64,000 bases of DNA from Gammaproteobacteria bacterium (GCA_965222155.1 CBDCTH010000012.1:3008001-3072000); one strand, 5' to 3'; positions 10,010 to 23,230 are shown, counted from the stretch's first letter. Translations and numbers: made by a program. Notes: a model not told the origin generated them from the sequence alone.

Positions 10010-11401
10010 ATGAGATGTGCTAAAACTTTTTTATACTGGTCCGGATTGATTGTCGCGCTGGTGATCGCGCCGTCAATCCATGCCGAGGTATTTGAATATA
10101 ACCTTGAAAATGGCCTGAAACTGTTGGTAAAAGAGGACCGGCGGGCGCCGGTTGCGGTGTCCCAGATCTGGTATCGGGTCGGTTCAAGCTATGAACATGA
10201 CGGCATCACCGGAATCTCCCACGTGCTGGAACACATGATGTTTCAGGGAACGGAAAAATATCCAGACGGGGAGTTCTCAAGGATCATTGCAGAAAACGGC
10301 GGCAACGAAAACGCATTTACCGGCAAGGATTACACAGCGTACTTTCAGATGCTGGAAAAGTCCCGACTGGAAGTCAGCCTCAGACTGGAAGCGGACCGGA
10401 TGCGAAATCTGGTGTTGTCGGAGGAAGAATTCAAAAAAGAAATCGAGGTGGTAAAGGAGGAGAGGCGACTGCGTACCGAAGACAATCCGGTCGCATACCT
10501 GTATGAAACCGCGCTTGCCACGGCGTTTCAAACCGCGCCCTATCGCCATCCGGTGATAGGCTGGATGGCCGACCTGGACGCGCTGCGGACTGATGATCTG
10601 AATGTGTGGTATGAGCGCTGGTATGCCCCGAACAATGCCACCCTGGTCGTGGCGGGTGACGTCGAACACGATGTGGTTCACAAGCTTGCGCAGAAACATT
10701 TTGGCCCGCTTGAGGCAGGCACACTTGCTACGGCAGGGGGGCCGCCGGAAGTAGCCCAGCAAGGTCTGAAACGCGTTACGGTAAAGCGTCCTGCAGAATT
10801 GCCGCACCTGCTCATGGCGTATAAAACCCCGGTTTTGAGAACAGCAGCCGTAGCCCCCGCGTCCTGGGAACCGTATGCGCTGGAAGTCCTGGCCGGCGTT
10901 TTGGACGGCGGTAACAGCGCAAGGCTGGAAACCCGCCTGATCCGCGCTCAGGAAGTGGCTGCCAGCGTCGGCGTTTCCTATGACATGGCCGGCCGACTCG
11001 ACGGTCTGTTCATCATCCAGGCGGTACCTGCCCGGGGTCGGACTGCCGATGAGGTGGAGCAGGCTGTAAGGGAACAACTGGAAGATTTAAAAAAGGGAGA
11101 AATCAGTGAGTCGGAACTGGCGCGGGTGAAGGCGCAGGTCGTATCGAGCGACGTCTACGAGCGCGACTCAATGTTTTATCAAGCCATGACCCTGGGCGCG
11201 TTTGAGACGGTGGGGTTGCCTTGGCGTCTGGTAGATGAGTACGTGGCGCAAATTCAGGCGATCAGCGTCGAACAGGTGAAACACGTAGCCGATAAATATT
11301 TCCGGGATGATGGCTTGACGATAGCGGTACTCGAGCCACAACCCATAGAAGCGATACAGGGTCCGCAACCGCAGGCAAGTGATGATCAGCGTGCGGGTTG
11401 A
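10010..11401 (+). CDS. M16 family zinc peptidase, catalytic subunit
   Basis: HxxEH (HVLEH), NAFT, EERR motifs; N-terminal signal-like segment; start uncertain (9950-10010). Confidence 0.9.
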   Translation: MRCAKTFLYWSGLIVALVIAPSIHAEVFEYNLENGLKLLVKEDRRAPVAVSQIWYRVGSSYEHDGITGISHVLEHMMFQGTEKYPDGEFSRIIAENGGNENAFTGKDYTAYFQMLEKSRLEVSLRLEADRMRNLVLSEEEFKKEIEVVKEERRLRTEDNPVAYLYETALATAFQTAPYRHPVIGWMADLDALRTDDLNVWYERWYAPNNATLVVAGDVEHDVVHKLAQKHFGPLEAGTLATAGGPPEVAQQGLKRVTVKRPAELPHLLMAYKTPVLRTAAVAPASWEPYALEVLAGVLDGGNSARLETRLIRAQEVAASVGVSYDMAGRLDGLFIIQAVPARGRTADEVEQAVREQLEDLKKGEISESELARVKAQVVSSDVYERDSMFYQAMTLGAFETVGLPWRLVDEYVAQIQAISVEQVKHVADKYFRDDGLTIAVLEPQPIEAIQGPQPQASDDQRAG

Positions 11402-11483
11402 TGCATATATGACGATGGTGGATGTGATGAGAACAGCGTGCTCGTTTCGTCGGCAGAGCGTCAAATACCAATGTAAAGAGACA

Positions 11484-12809
11484 ATGCAGTATCTGTTGAA
11501 CGGCCTGTCGGCACTGTTGCTGTTTGGCGCGCAAAGCGCCTGGTCAACCCCGATTGTAATGGACTGGCAGACCGAAGCGGGTAGCCGGGTCTTCTTTGTT
11601 GAATCCCATGAGTTACCCATGGTCGATATCCGCCTGCTGTTCGATGCGGGCACGGTGCGGGAACCTGCCGGCAAGAACGGTCTGGCAGTACTGGTAAACA
11701 GTTTGCTTGATGAAGGCGCCGGCGAGCTGGATGCCACCGCTGTCAGCTTCGAATTCGAGCGGTTGGGAGCGCTGTACAGCGCCACTTCGGGCTATGATTA
11801 TGCATCCGTAAGCTTGCGCTCATTGTCAGACCCGACATTACTGGAAGTTGCCCTGGTTAATTTACGCCGGGTAATCACTGGCCCGACATTTCCCGGGAAG
11901 GCGGTCGAAAGACAGAAACAACGATTGCAACTCGGTATCCAGCGCAAACAGCAAGTACCGGGAGAGATTGCCCAGGATGCATACCTGGCTGCAATATACC
12001 AGGATCATCCTTATGCGCTTCCCGGTGACGGGACGCTGGAGAGCGTTGCGTCACTGAGCCGACAGGATATTGTGGACTTCCATCGAGAGTTTTACGGCGC
12101 GCGCAATGCCCGGCTGGTGATTGTTGGGGACGTGAACAAACAACAGGCAGCGGCACTGGCTGAGGATTTGACCAGTGAATTGTCGGAAGGACGGGTACTG
12201 GAACCGCTGCCGCCTGTGGCGCAATTGAAGCAGGATCGGGAGATACGTATCGAGCATCCATCATCACAGGTACATATTCTGCTCGGCCAACCGGGCCTCA
12301 AGCGCGGCGATCCTGATTATTTCCCGCTATACGTGGGCAACCATATACTGGGTGGCGGCGGCTTTGTTTCGCGACTGTATGAAGAAGTCCGGGAAAAGCG
12401 CGGCCTGTCATACAGCGCGTACAGTTATTTTTCCCCACGACGCGAGTTGGGGCCGTTCACCGCGAGTTTGCAAACCCGGGGCGACCAGCAGCAACAGGCG
12501 CAACAGGTGATGCGGGAAACCATCCGCGCATTTATCGACCGGGGACCCACGCCTGAAGAGCTGGACGCGGCGCAAAAAAACATCAGCGGCGGGTTTCCCC
12601 TGCGGCTGGACAGCAACAGTAAAATACTCGGTTATATTGCCATGATTGGTTTTTATGATCTGCCCCTGAATTACCTGGATACGTTTATCGATAAAGTGAA
12701 CGCGGTGACTATTGAACAAATCAGGGACGCGTTCAAACGCCGCCTGCACCCGGAGCGATTCGTTACCGTCCTGGTCGGGCCGACCGGATCCGCGGCCGAA
12801 GAAAACTGA
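11484..12809 (+). CDS. M16 family peptidase, non-catalytic partner subunit
   Basis: No HxxEH; has SRLYEEVREKRGLSY; start uncertain (11379-11484). Confidence 0.88.
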   Translation: MQYLLNGLSALLLFGAQSAWSTPIVMDWQTEAGSRVFFVESHELPMVDIRLLFDAGTVREPAGKNGLAVLVNSLLDEGAGELDATAVSFEFERLGALYSATSGYDYASVSLRSLSDPTLLEVALVNLRRVITGPTFPGKAVERQKQRLQLGIQRKQQVPGEIAQDAYLAAIYQDHPYALPGDGTLESVASLSRQDIVDFHREFYGARNARLVIVGDVNKQQAAALAEDLTSELSEGRVLEPLPPVAQLKQDREIRIEHPSSQVHILLGQPGLKRGDPDYFPLYVGNHILGGGGFVSRLYEEVREKRGLSYSAYSYFSPRRELGPFTASLQTRGDQQQQAQQVMRETIRAFIDRGPTPEELDAAQKNISGGFPLRLDSNSKILGYIAMIGFYDLPLNYLDTFIDKVNAVTIEQIRDAFKRRLHPERFVTVLVGPTGSAAEEN

Positions 12810-12864
12810 AACCCAAACTGCTCATCCCGCGCCGGAGGCAATAAAACAGACGAGTTGATGAGTT

Positions 12865-13428
12865 ATGCGGGCCGGAGGAAAAATCAGGATTATAGGCGGG
12901 GAGTGGCGCGGCCGCAGGTTGACGGTAGCGGACCAGCCTGGTCTGCGTCCGACCCCTGACCGGATCAGGGAAACCTTATTCAACTGGCTGGCGCCGGTTG
13001 TTCCCGCGGCGCGCTGCCTTGACCTGTTTGCCGGAACCGGGGCGCTGGGGTTTGAAGCCCTGTCCCGCGGCGCCCGTTGCGCGGTCATGGTGGAACAAAA
13101 TAAGCAACTGGCGCAACAACTGGAACAAACCAAAGCTGTCCTGGCTCCCGAGCGTGCGGAAATCATCCATTCGGAAGCCATCACCTGGCTGGCAAACAGG
13201 CATGAGCCGTTTGACATCGTCTTTCTTGATCCGCCGTTCCACCAGGAGTATGTGAAAAAAGCTTGTACCCTGCTGATAAACAAGGGACACTTGGCGCCTG
13301 CCGCGTACGTCTATACGGAATCCGAGCAGGACTTCCTATCCCCGGCTCTGGGTTTGATAGCCTTAAGGCAGGCGCGTGCAGGACAGGTTGAATACAGACT
13401 GTATCAATACAATGTTGGAGAGATCTAA
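12865..13428 (+). CDS. rsmD: 16S rRNA m2G966 methyltransferase
   Basis: RIIGG.WRGR, RPTPDRIRETLFNWL, DLFAGTG, FLDPPF. Confidence 0.95.
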   Translation: MRAGGKIRIIGGEWRGRRLTVADQPGLRPTPDRIRETLFNWLAPVVPAARCLDLFAGTGALGFEALSRGARCAVMVEQNKQLAQQLEQTKAVLAPERAEIIHSEAITWLANRHEPFDIVFLDPPFHQEYVKKACTLLINKGHLAPAAYVYTESEQDFLSPALGLIALRQARAGQVEYRLYQYNVGEI

Positions 13429-13911
13429 ATGAAATCAACGGCAATATATCCGGGCACGTTTGATCCGATCACCAATGGTCATACGGACATCGCTGAACGG
13501 GCCGCCCGAATGTTTGATCTGGTTATCGTTGCAATCGCCGGGAGTACCGGCAAATCCCCCACGTTTTCAACCGCGCAACGTGTTGTCCTGGCCCGGGAAG
13601 CGCTGGCGGGTATCAGTAATGTGGAGGTGGCAAGTTTTACCGGCCTCATGACGGATTATGCCAAACAGCGCGGGGCGCGGGTTATCGTGCGCGGGTTGCG
13701 GGCCGTGTCGGATTTTGAGTACGAGTTTCAAATGGCGAGTATGAACCGGCAGTTATATGGTGAGGCAGAAACCGTATTCTTAACGCCGGCTGAACACCTG
13801 AGCTATATCTCATCCAGCCTGGTGCGGGAAATCGCCACACTGGGTGGTGACGTCACCCGGTTTGTTCACAGCGCGGTCAACGCCGCATTACACGAAAAAA
13901 TGTCAGGCTGA
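13429..13911 (+). CDS. coaD: Phosphopantetheine adenylyltransferase
   Basis: [32 protein letters not shown]. Confidence 0.97.
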   Translation: MKSTAIYPGTFDPITNGHTDIAERAARMFDLVIVAIAGSTGKSPTFSTAQRVVLAREALAGISNVEVASFTGLMTDYAKQRGARVIVRGLRAVSDFEYEFQMASMNRQLYGEAETVFLTPAEHLSYISSSLVREIATLGGDVTRFVHSAVNAALHEKMSG

Positions 13912-13926
13912 TAAACGGGAGCAACC

Positions 13927-15654
13927 ATGACGCGCAAGATAACAGCCTTGACTTACCCGGACAAGCGGCGCCGGAAAACTGCGCCCGGACCAATATTCGT
14001 ACTGGTCGCAGGCCTGATTTTCAACACGGCGGCTTGTCAGGCAGATTTCGCGCCGGCCCATGCCGTCGCCAGCGCCCATCCGCTGGCGACCGCGGCCGGT
14101 GTTGAAATTTTGCGGGAAGGGGGGAATGCATTTGACGCCGCTATTGCGGTCAGTGCCGCTTTGGGTGTGGTTGAGCCATACAGTTCCGGTTTCGGTGGCG
14201 GTGGCTTCTGGTTGATACACCGCGCCAGCGACGGCAAACAGGTGATGATCGACGGCCGGGAAACCGCGCCGGCCCTGGCGCACGAGCGCATGTACCGTGA
14301 CCGGCAGGATAAGGTGATCAAGGGTGCCTCGTTGAACGGGCCCCTGGCCGCAGGGATTCCGGGTACGCCGGCGGCGTTGGTTCATATTGCCGAACATTAC
14401 GGCAAGCTGCCGTTAAGCAAATCACTGGCGCCGGCAAAACGCTATGCCGAACAGGGCTTCAAGGTGACCTCGCGTTACCATCGGCTGATTGCTTACCGCG
14501 CTGAGACGTTGCGGCAATATCCTGCCGCTGCCGAAATATTTCTGCAGGATGGCAAGCCGCCGCGCATCGGTTACCTGATCCGGCAAGCGACGCTGGCCGG
14601 AACCATTGACGCCATCGCTGAAAACGGCCTGGACGGTTTCTACCGCGGCCCCATTGCAGAACAGATGGTGCTGGAAGCGCGTAAACACGGGGGCATCTGG
14701 AGCCTTAAGGATCTGGCAGCGTATCGTGTGATAGAACGAGAACCGATAGTCACCCACTACCATAACGCGCGCATCGTTTCCGCTCCGCCACCTTCTTCGG
14801 GAGGTATTGTCATGGCCCAGGCCCTGCAGATTCTTGCGTCATTTGATTTGGACAACATGAGCATCGTGCAGCGCAAGCATCATGTTATCGAAGCAATGCG
14901 GCGCGCGTTCCGCGACCGGGCCGTGTTCCTGGGCGATCCGGACTTTGTTGATGTCCAGGTAGAACGCCTGCTGGACAAGTCTTACCTGGAGGGGTTGGCG
15001 CTGACGATAGATGAGTCAAAAGCCACCCCCAGCGCCATCATCGGTGACGGACCCGCCCTACTGCAAACAGGAACCCAGACCACGCATTTTTCCGTCATGG
15101 ACAAGGAAGGAAATCGCGTTGCGGGAACGTTGAGCGTTAATACATTATTCGGCTCGTGCTTTGTGGCAGCGGGTACCGGCATACTTTTCAATAATGAGAT
15201 GGATGATTTTTCCATCAAGCCCGATACCCCGAATGCCTACGGACTGATTGGTGATGAAGCCAATGCAGTTGCGCCGGGTAAACGTCCACTGTCAAGCATG
15301 ACCCCCACTTTCCTGGAAACACCGGATCGGGTGGGTATTATAGGCACGCCAGGCGGGAGCCGCATCATCAGCATGGTATTGTTGGCAGCACTGGACTTTG
15401 TAGACGGTCAGTTGCCTCAATCCTGGGTCGGGCTGCGACGCTACCACCACCAGTACCAGCCGGACCAGGTCCAGTTCGAACTGCATGGTCTGACTGAATT
15501 TGAACAGCAACGGCTCATCGGGCTGGGCCATGAATTGAAGGAGATCTCGCGCCGCTACGGCAATATGCAAGCCGTTTTATGGGATAAAAAGGAAAACAGG
15601 CTACACGTCGCCAGTGACCCCAGAGGCGAGGGCCTGGCCGTGATTGTCGAATAA
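13927..15654 (+). CDS. ggt: Gamma-glutamyltranspeptidase
   Basis: GGNAFDAA, TTHFS autocleavage Thr, NNEMDDF, RPLSSMTP, GTPGGSRI. Confidence 0.95.
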   Translation: MTRKITALTYPDKRRRKTAPGPIFVLVAGLIFNTAACQADFAPAHAVASAHPLATAAGVEILREGGNAFDAAIAVSAALGVVEPYSSGFGGGGFWLIHRASDGKQVMIDGRETAPALAHERMYRDRQDKVIKGASLNGPLAAGIPGTPAALVHIAEHYGKLPLSKSLAPAKRYAEQGFKVTSRYHRLIAYRAETLRQYPAAAEIFLQDGKPPRIGYLIRQATLAGTIDAIAENGLDGFYRGPIAEQMVLEARKHGGIWSLKDLAAYRVIEREPIVTHYHNARIVSAPPPSSGGIVMAQALQILASFDLDNMSIVQRKHHVIEAMRRAFRDRAVFLGDPDFVDVQVERLLDKSYLEGLALTIDESKATPSAIIGDGPALLQTGTQTTHFSVMDKEGNRVAGTLSVNTLFGSCFVAAGTGILFNNEMDDFSIKPDTPNAYGLIGDEANAVAPGKRPLSSMTPTFLETPDRVGIIGTPGGSRIISMVLLAALDFVDGQLPQSWVGLRRYHHQYQPDQVQFELHGLTEFEQQRLIGLGHELKEISRRYGNMQAVLWDKKENRLHVASDPRGEGLAVIVE

Positions 15655-15716
15655 CGAATCCGGCAACTCCCTGTAGCTGCCGAAATAAGGGGAATCCTGT
15701 TGCCGCCTCGTACCGT

Positions 15717-16532
15717 TCAACGCTGACAACGCCGGCAGTAATAGGTCGAACGCTGGCTCTGGCGGATCTGCCTGATACTCGACTGGCAGGTTTTGCAGGG
15801 TTCCCCGGCGCGATCATAGACGTCAAGGTCCAACTTGAAGTAGCCGGGCGCGCCATCTCCGCCGACAAAATCCCGTAACGTGGTCCCCCCTTTTGCCAGC
15901 GCCGCGTTCAGTACGTTCCTGATGGACCCGGTCAGTTCAGCGTAGCGCGCCAGGGAAATATTTCCTGCCTTGCGCAATGGATGGATGCCGCTTTTGAACA
16001 ATGCCTCATTGGCATAGATATTACCCATGCCGACGACGCTGCGGCTGTCCATGATGAACGTCTTGATGGATTGCGTCCTGTGTCGGGAAAGCGTATACAA
16101 ATACGCGGCAGTGAATGCCGGCCCCAGAGGTTCCGGACCCAGATGGCGCAACAAGTGGTGTTCCAGCGGGTCCCGGCCGGTCCAGTGGATGGAACCGAAA
16201 CGCCGGGGGTCGCGGAAGCGCAGGCAGGTATCATCGCGGAACAAAACATCAACGTGGTCATGCTTGTCTGCCGGGATTGCCGGATGCAGGATACGGAGGC
16301 TGCCGGACATGCCCAGGTGCAGGATGACGCAACCGTGTTCCAGATAAAAAATCAGGTACTTCGCCCGCCGCCCTACCTGTGTGATGCGTCGCCCGCTCAG
16401 TTCGCTTCCCAGTGATGCCGGAACCGGCCAACGCAGCTGATGTTGCCGAATTACAACATCCCGAATCGGTTTGTTGATGATGTGTGGGGAGATTCCGCGC
16501 CGCGTCGTCTCAACCTCGGGCAATTCCGGCAT
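15717..16532 (-). CDS. mutM: Formamidopyrimidine-DNA glycosylase
   Basis: MPELPEVE N-terminus, HLGMSG, GNIYANE, C-terminal zinc finger. Confidence 0.97.
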   Translation of the reverse strand: MPELPEVETTRRGISPHIINKPIRDVVIRQHQLRWPVPASLGSELSGRRITQVGRRAKYLIFYLEHGCVILHLGMSGSLRILHPAIPADKHDHVDVLFRDDTCLRFRDPRRFGSIHWTGRDPLEHHLLRHLGPEPLGPAFTAAYLYTLSRHRTQSIKTFIMDSRSVVGMGNIYANEALFKSGIHPLRKAGNISLARYAELTGSIRNVLNAALAKGGTTLRDFVGGDGAPGYFKLDLDVYDRAGEPCKTCQSSIRQIRQSQRSTYYCRRCQR

Positions 16533-16639
16533 AATTATAAAAAATCTTCATAGGTTTGACAGACAAAATCATGTTCGGGCAGTAGCGAATCCCTGGAAAA
16601 TCTGGTATAACAGGCAACTCTTTCTGCTGTCCTCACGAT

Positions 16640-19299
<2,660 letters not shown>

Positions 19300-19309
<10 letters not shown>

Positions 19310-19418
19310 GATATTTGGGGTGATATTTGGGGTCAGAGTAAAAATACTCAACAACAAGTCACTACCACTTGCCAAACTGACTGTATTTTTACTCTGACCC
19401 CAAATATCCTAAAAGTCC
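19300..19418. repeat. Long inverted repeat (about 36-bp arms) between convergent genes; probable bidirectional terminator or REP-like element
   Basis: GATATTTGGGGTCAGAGTAAAAATAC ... GTATTTTTACTCTGACCCCAAATATC; left arm has a 12-bp duplication GATATTTGGGGT. Confidence 0.8.
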
Positions 19419-19422
19419 TGCT

Positions 19423-20199
19423 TCATGATCTGCTGCGACGGGTAAAAACCGGCCTGTCGGTGCCTGACAGGGCCTCGTTATAGCGGTAATCCTCCAGGTC
19501 AAAGCCCTTGATATCCTCCGGATCAACCAGCCGCTTGCGGATGATATAGCGGCTCATCAATCCACGCGCCTTTTTGGCAAAAAACGTGATCATCTTGAAC
19601 GCTCCATTCCTTTCCTCCTTGAATACCGGAGTAATGATACGGGCTTGCAGTTTGTCCGCCTTGACGGATTTGAAGTATTCGTTTGACGCCAGGTTTACGA
19701 GCACAGGGCTTTCCTGGTTGCCCAACTCCATGTTGATGGCCGCATTAATCCGGTCATGCCAGAAGGCATACAGGTCCTTTCCACGGCGGTTCTCCAGTTT
19801 TGTCCCCATTTCCAGTCGGTAGGGCTGCATGAGGTCGAGCGGTTTCAGTACGCCGTAGAGACCGGAGAGGATACGCAGGTGTTCCTGGGCATACTGCAAA
19901 TCATCCGGGCTCAGGTTATCCGCGTCGAGCCCGGTGTATACGTCACCCTTGAACGCCAGGACCGATTGTTTGGCATTGCTGTTGGTAAACGACAGGGACC
20001 AGGCGTGGTAGCGATTCGAGTTCAGTTGCGCCAGCTTCGGGCTGATGCCCATCAACTCACCCAGTTTATAGGGTTCAAATTCACGCAGGTTATCAATCAG
20101 TTCTGCCGAATCATCCAGAAAATCCGGGATGGTGAAGGACGCAACCTTGGGCGGCGTCTCAAAATCCAGCGTCTTCGCAGGGGAGATGACAATCAGCAT
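19423..20199 (-). CDS. yaaA: Peroxide stress protein YaaA (UPF0246)
   Basis: ISPAKTLD, LSGLYG.LKPLD..QPYRLEMG, NLASNEY, AKKARG. Confidence 0.95.
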   Translation of the reverse strand: MLIVISPAKTLDFETPPKVASFTIPDFLDDSAELIDNLREFEPYKLGELMGISPKLAQLNSNRYHAWSLSFTNSNAKQSVLAFKGDVYTGLDADNLSPDDLQYAQEHLRILSGLYGVLKPLDLMQPYRLEMGTKLENRRGKDLYAFWHDRINAAINMELGNQESPVLVNLASNEYFKSVKADKLQARIITPVFKEERNGAFKMITFFAKKARGLMSRYIIRKRLVDPEDIKGFDLEDYRYNEALSGTDRPVFTRRSRS

Positions 20200-20222
20200 G
20201 ATGCCAGGTTCGTACCCGGAAA

Positions 20223-20390
20223 TTACTTGATCTTGCCTTCCTTGTAGATCACGTGCTTGCGTACGACGGGGTCGAATTTCATGATTTCCATTTTATCCGG
20301 GGTGTTCCGTTTGTTTTTTGTGGTGGTGTAAAAATGTCCGGTGCCGGCAGATGAAACCAGACGAATTTTATCGCGTGCGCTGTTAGCCAT
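20223..20390 (-). CDS. rpmG: 50S ribosomal protein L33 (below ORF-track cutoff)
   Basis: Manual translation [55 protein letters not shown]. Confidence 0.96.
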   Translation of the reverse strand: MANSARDKIRLVSSAGTGHFYTTTKNKRNTPDKMEIMKFDPVVRKHVIYKEGKIK

Positions 20391-20399
20391 GGTTTTCTC

Positions 20400-20636
20400 C
20401 TATACCCTGATGCCGCGGGCACGTACGTCAGTCAGCACCTGGTCTATACCCAGTTTGTCAATAGTGCGCAGCCCCTTGGTGCTGACCCGCAGCTTTACCC
20501 AGCGGTTTTCACTTTCCACCCAGAACTTGCGCTCATGCAGGTTGGGCAGGAAGCGCCGCTTGGATTTATTATTGGCGTGGGAAACGTTGTTCCCCGACAT
20601 GGGTTTTTTTCCGGTTACCTGACAGACCCGTGACAT
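20400..20636 (-). CDS. rpmB: 50S ribosomal protein L28
   Basis: [31 protein letters not shown]. Confidence 0.97.
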   Translation of the reverse strand: MSRVCQVTGKKPMSGNNVSHANNKSKRRFLPNLHERKFWVESENRWVKLRVSTKGLRTIDKLGIDQVLTDVRARGIRV

Positions 20637-20750
20637 TGTAACGCGCTCTTAACTGAACAAAGGAAGGCGGATTATATACTGATCCGGTATTAGTAGCAAC
20701 ACTCTTCAATTTACTCTGTTGTCTTCAATTTACTCTTCAATTTACGCAAC

Positions 20751-20936
20751 GTGCCGCTGCCAGAAGTTGGAAAACGTTGTCACGAGTTGAGGATTAATGA
20801 CAAAAATCTAAGCTGGAGAATCATCTATCGAATTGATTCAGATGCAATTGTGCTACTTGAAGTCTTTGAAAAGAAAACAGGTAAAACGCCAATACATATT
20901 ATTGATGTATGTAGAAAACGAATAAACAGTATATGA
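20751..20936 (+). pseudogene. 5'-truncated RelE/ParE (Gp49-like) toxin
   Basis: Only the C-terminal half (CHELRI...WRIIYRIDSDAIVLLEVFEKKT); preceded by TCTTCAATTTAC repeats instead of an N-terminus. Confidence 0.7.
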
Positions 20937-21256
20937 CGATGAAACCAGATAAACAGAAAAAACTCGAAAAGGTGGGATGGAAGATGGGTTCGGCTGACGA
21001 ATTTTTGGCCCTTTCACCGGAAGAATCAACTTTTATTGAAATGGAACTGGCATTATGTGACTCGGTCAAATCAAGGCGGCTCAAAAAACGCCTCAGCCAA
21101 ACTGAATTTGCACGGCTAATTTCGTCCAGTCAATCACGCGTGACCAAAATTGAAGCTGGTGCTCCATCCGTGTCCTTCGATCTGGTGATGAAATCTCTAC
21201 TGCGGCTTGGCGCTACAAAAAGAGAGGTGGCAAAGCTTATTGCCGCAGACAAATAA
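20933..21256 (+). CDS. XRE-type HTH antitoxin (HigA-like)
   Basis: GWKMGSADEFL.L, LSQTEFA..ISSSQSRVTKIEAG HTH; overlaps the toxin remnant. Confidence 0.8.
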   Translation: MTMKPDKQKKLEKVGWKMGSADEFLALSPEESTFIEMELALCDSVKSRRLKKRLSQTEFARLISSSQSRVTKIEAGAPSVSFDLVMKSLLRLGATKREVAKLIAADK

Positions 21257-21474
21257 AACCGCTTGTGTGCGTATTTCACGGCGAAGCTGTCACCCCTGAC
21301 GGGGTAAAAATCCGGACTGTCTGACGCGGATAACCAACGGTATCCTGTGCCCTTCTTTCCGCTGAGAGAAGAAGACTCAAACACCTCCTTGGAATGCGGC
21401 GCTCGCGATTGGTCTCATATCCATCTGGAGTTGAAACGAAAAGTTGTCACCTTGACGGAAGGCGCTGTTGGCAT

Positions 21475-21600
21475 TTAATACGCCTGCTCGTGGTTGCCTA
21501 CGTTGATAAGAATGATCCTGTTGTCTTGCATCTCCAGTTCCAGTGTTATCCGGTAACTCAGATTTATTGATACCGAAGATAAACCCTTCAAAGGATTGAA
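21475..21600 (-). pseudogene. C-terminal remnant of a RelE/YafQ-like toxin
   Basis: Manual translation ...LKGLSSVSINLSYRITLELEMQDNRIILINVGNHEQAY*; no matching N-terminus. Confidence 0.6.
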
Positions 21601-21689
21601 TAGCGGGATATCATCTCTGTCTTCGCCCCCCCACTTTATGCTCATCAGCTAATGACCAAACCCTATAATAACAGTGCCTAATGGAAGAG

Positions 21690-22241
21690 TTACGTTCCAT
21701 ATACCCTTCTTTCCCCCATCCTTTCCGCCGCGGCCTCAAATGCAAGCACACCATATCTCATGAACTTCAGCAGTATTCCAGTCATAAACAAAAAGGCAAA
21801 GATAAAAATCAATGCCAGTGCCACAGGCGAAGTTTTTGTCAGGTAAGCAATAACGCAATCGTTCACCTCATCCCGAATATTGTCGATTTCTGAGGTGATG
21901 TCATGGGGCAAATCTTTATACGAACGCTCAAGCTCCCGTTTGTATGCCCGTATATTGTTTTGTTCATTGACCATGTCTTCTACCGTTACAGCCACGACAA
22001 ACCGGAGAAAACTGAAGTTATCCAGATAACGGATCATCCCATTGATCACAGAACGATTTATAGCGTAGGCCCGTTTGTCAAATATCTGATGTGCTTCTCC
22101 GATGCAAAACAATTGCCGTCTCAGGCCATAAAGCCTCTCACGGGCTTGTTCCAGTTGGAAGGCGGGATACTCAATCATGATTATCCACAATAGCAACCCT
22201 AATCCGGTCAGACTGTAAAATACGGTAATTATTTCATTCAT
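21690..22241 (-). CDS. Hypothetical membrane protein
   Basis: 183 aa, N- and C-terminal hydrophobic helices, AT-rich, overlaps the upstream ORF by 4 bp. Confidence 0.65.
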   Translation of the reverse strand: MNEIITVFYSLTGLGLLLWIIMIEYPAFQLEQARERLYGLRRQLFCIGEAHQIFDKRAYAINRSVINGMIRYLDNFSFLRFVVAVTVEDMVNEQNNIRAYKRELERSYKDLPHDITSEIDNIRDEVNDCVIAYLTKTSPVALALIFIFAFLFMTGILLKFMRYGVLAFEAAAERMGERRVYGT

Positions 22242-22639
22242 TGGTCTTCCTCCAGTCGGTTCTCACCTCGTGCATCCATCCGGCTAGACAATCTATTTTG
22301 GTCTGCAGTTCCTGCTTCATTTTTCATATATTTATGGTATCTCTCAACTACATCTTTTCTCAATTTCGATTGGTTACGACCATAAAGAATACCGCAAATA
22401 GCAGCTAATATACATATAACGTTTGCAAAGTATTTATCGGAAAACAGCCCCACAATGAAGTTGGTGTCTGTTATTTCTCCAGCAAGAGAGTCAATTGACA
22501 TATAGCCGAAATAAGCGATAATTGCAACAGTCAAAAACCTGAAAAAATGCGAAGAAATACTGATCAGCAAGTCAGCTTTGGTCTCAATACGCTTGATTTC
22601 AAGTTCAGTATCAGCATGTTTTTTTGGAGTTATACTCAT
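22238..22639 (-). CDS. Hypothetical two-TM protein (5' end possibly clipped by an IS end)
   Basis: 133 aa, two TM segments, AT-rich. Confidence 0.6.
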   Translation of the reverse strand: MSITPKKHADTELEIKRIETKADLLISISSHFFRFLTVAIIAYFGYMSIDSLAGEITDTNFIVGLFSDKYFANVICILAAICGILYGRNQSKLRKDVVERYHKYMKNEAGTADQNRLSSRMDARGENRLEEDQ

Positions 22640-22778
22640 TTCTGGTGTATGGGATGCATAGTGAGGTGATGCACCCGGTGTTGTGTTTATGTGTTTTTTT
22701 CAGAAGACAACAAGCAACGTAAGAGGCGTACACCACCATGAAGAAAGATACAGTAGTTTCCCTGAAAAAGCCAGTAGC
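22627..22778 (+). mobile_element. Probable left-end remnant of an IS256-like element
   Basis: Begins GAGTTATACTC...CTGGTG; ATG at 22738 gives MKKDTVVSLKKP, resembling IS256 transposase N-termini from memory; cut off by the next IS end. Confidence 0.4.
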
Positions 22779-23230
22779 TGTCCGGGTTCAGTACCTATGA
22801 GACAAGCCTGTGCTGGCGCAGGCCAGTATCAGGCGGTCTGTGTGAGGTGCTGATACTACGCCATCGGGGTGAGTAAGCCAATGCCGTCATGGGGTCGACA
22901 GGTATTGTAGTGGGTCTGATACGCCGCCAGTTTTTGATTGATGGCGGCGACCGTCAAGGGACCCTCGTAAAACGGGTAGAACGCATAACGGCTGGTGCCA
23001 TTGGCACGCGCCACACAGCCATTATAGTCGGGTTTTTTCGGGGGCAGCCCATACAGGGGGATGCCCAAGTTCTGGCAGGCCTGTTCGAACGCATCCCGGA
23101 ATTCCGAGCCGCCCTCCACCTGCAGGGAACGGATAGGAAACGGCGCCTGCGCCTGCGCCTGCAGGGTTGCCAGGAAGCGCCTGGCATTGCCACGGGTGGC
23201 CCGACATTTTTGTTTTCCGTACTCTGACAA
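22779..23230 (-). pseudogene. Degenerate IS481-like integrase-core transposase fragment with right end
   Basis: SLQVEGGSEF, PPKKPDYNGCVARAN, YNTCRPH (catalytic D and E appear substituted); minus-strand end TGTCTCATAGGTACTGAACCCGGACA at 22779-22804. Confidence 0.7.

Noticed and set aside
9950-12809. M16 peptidase pair as PqqF/PqqG dedicated to the stand-alone pqqA
   Set aside because: The pair sits in the ftsY-rsmD-coaD housekeeping context, about 21 kb from pqqA; nothing in the sequence links them.
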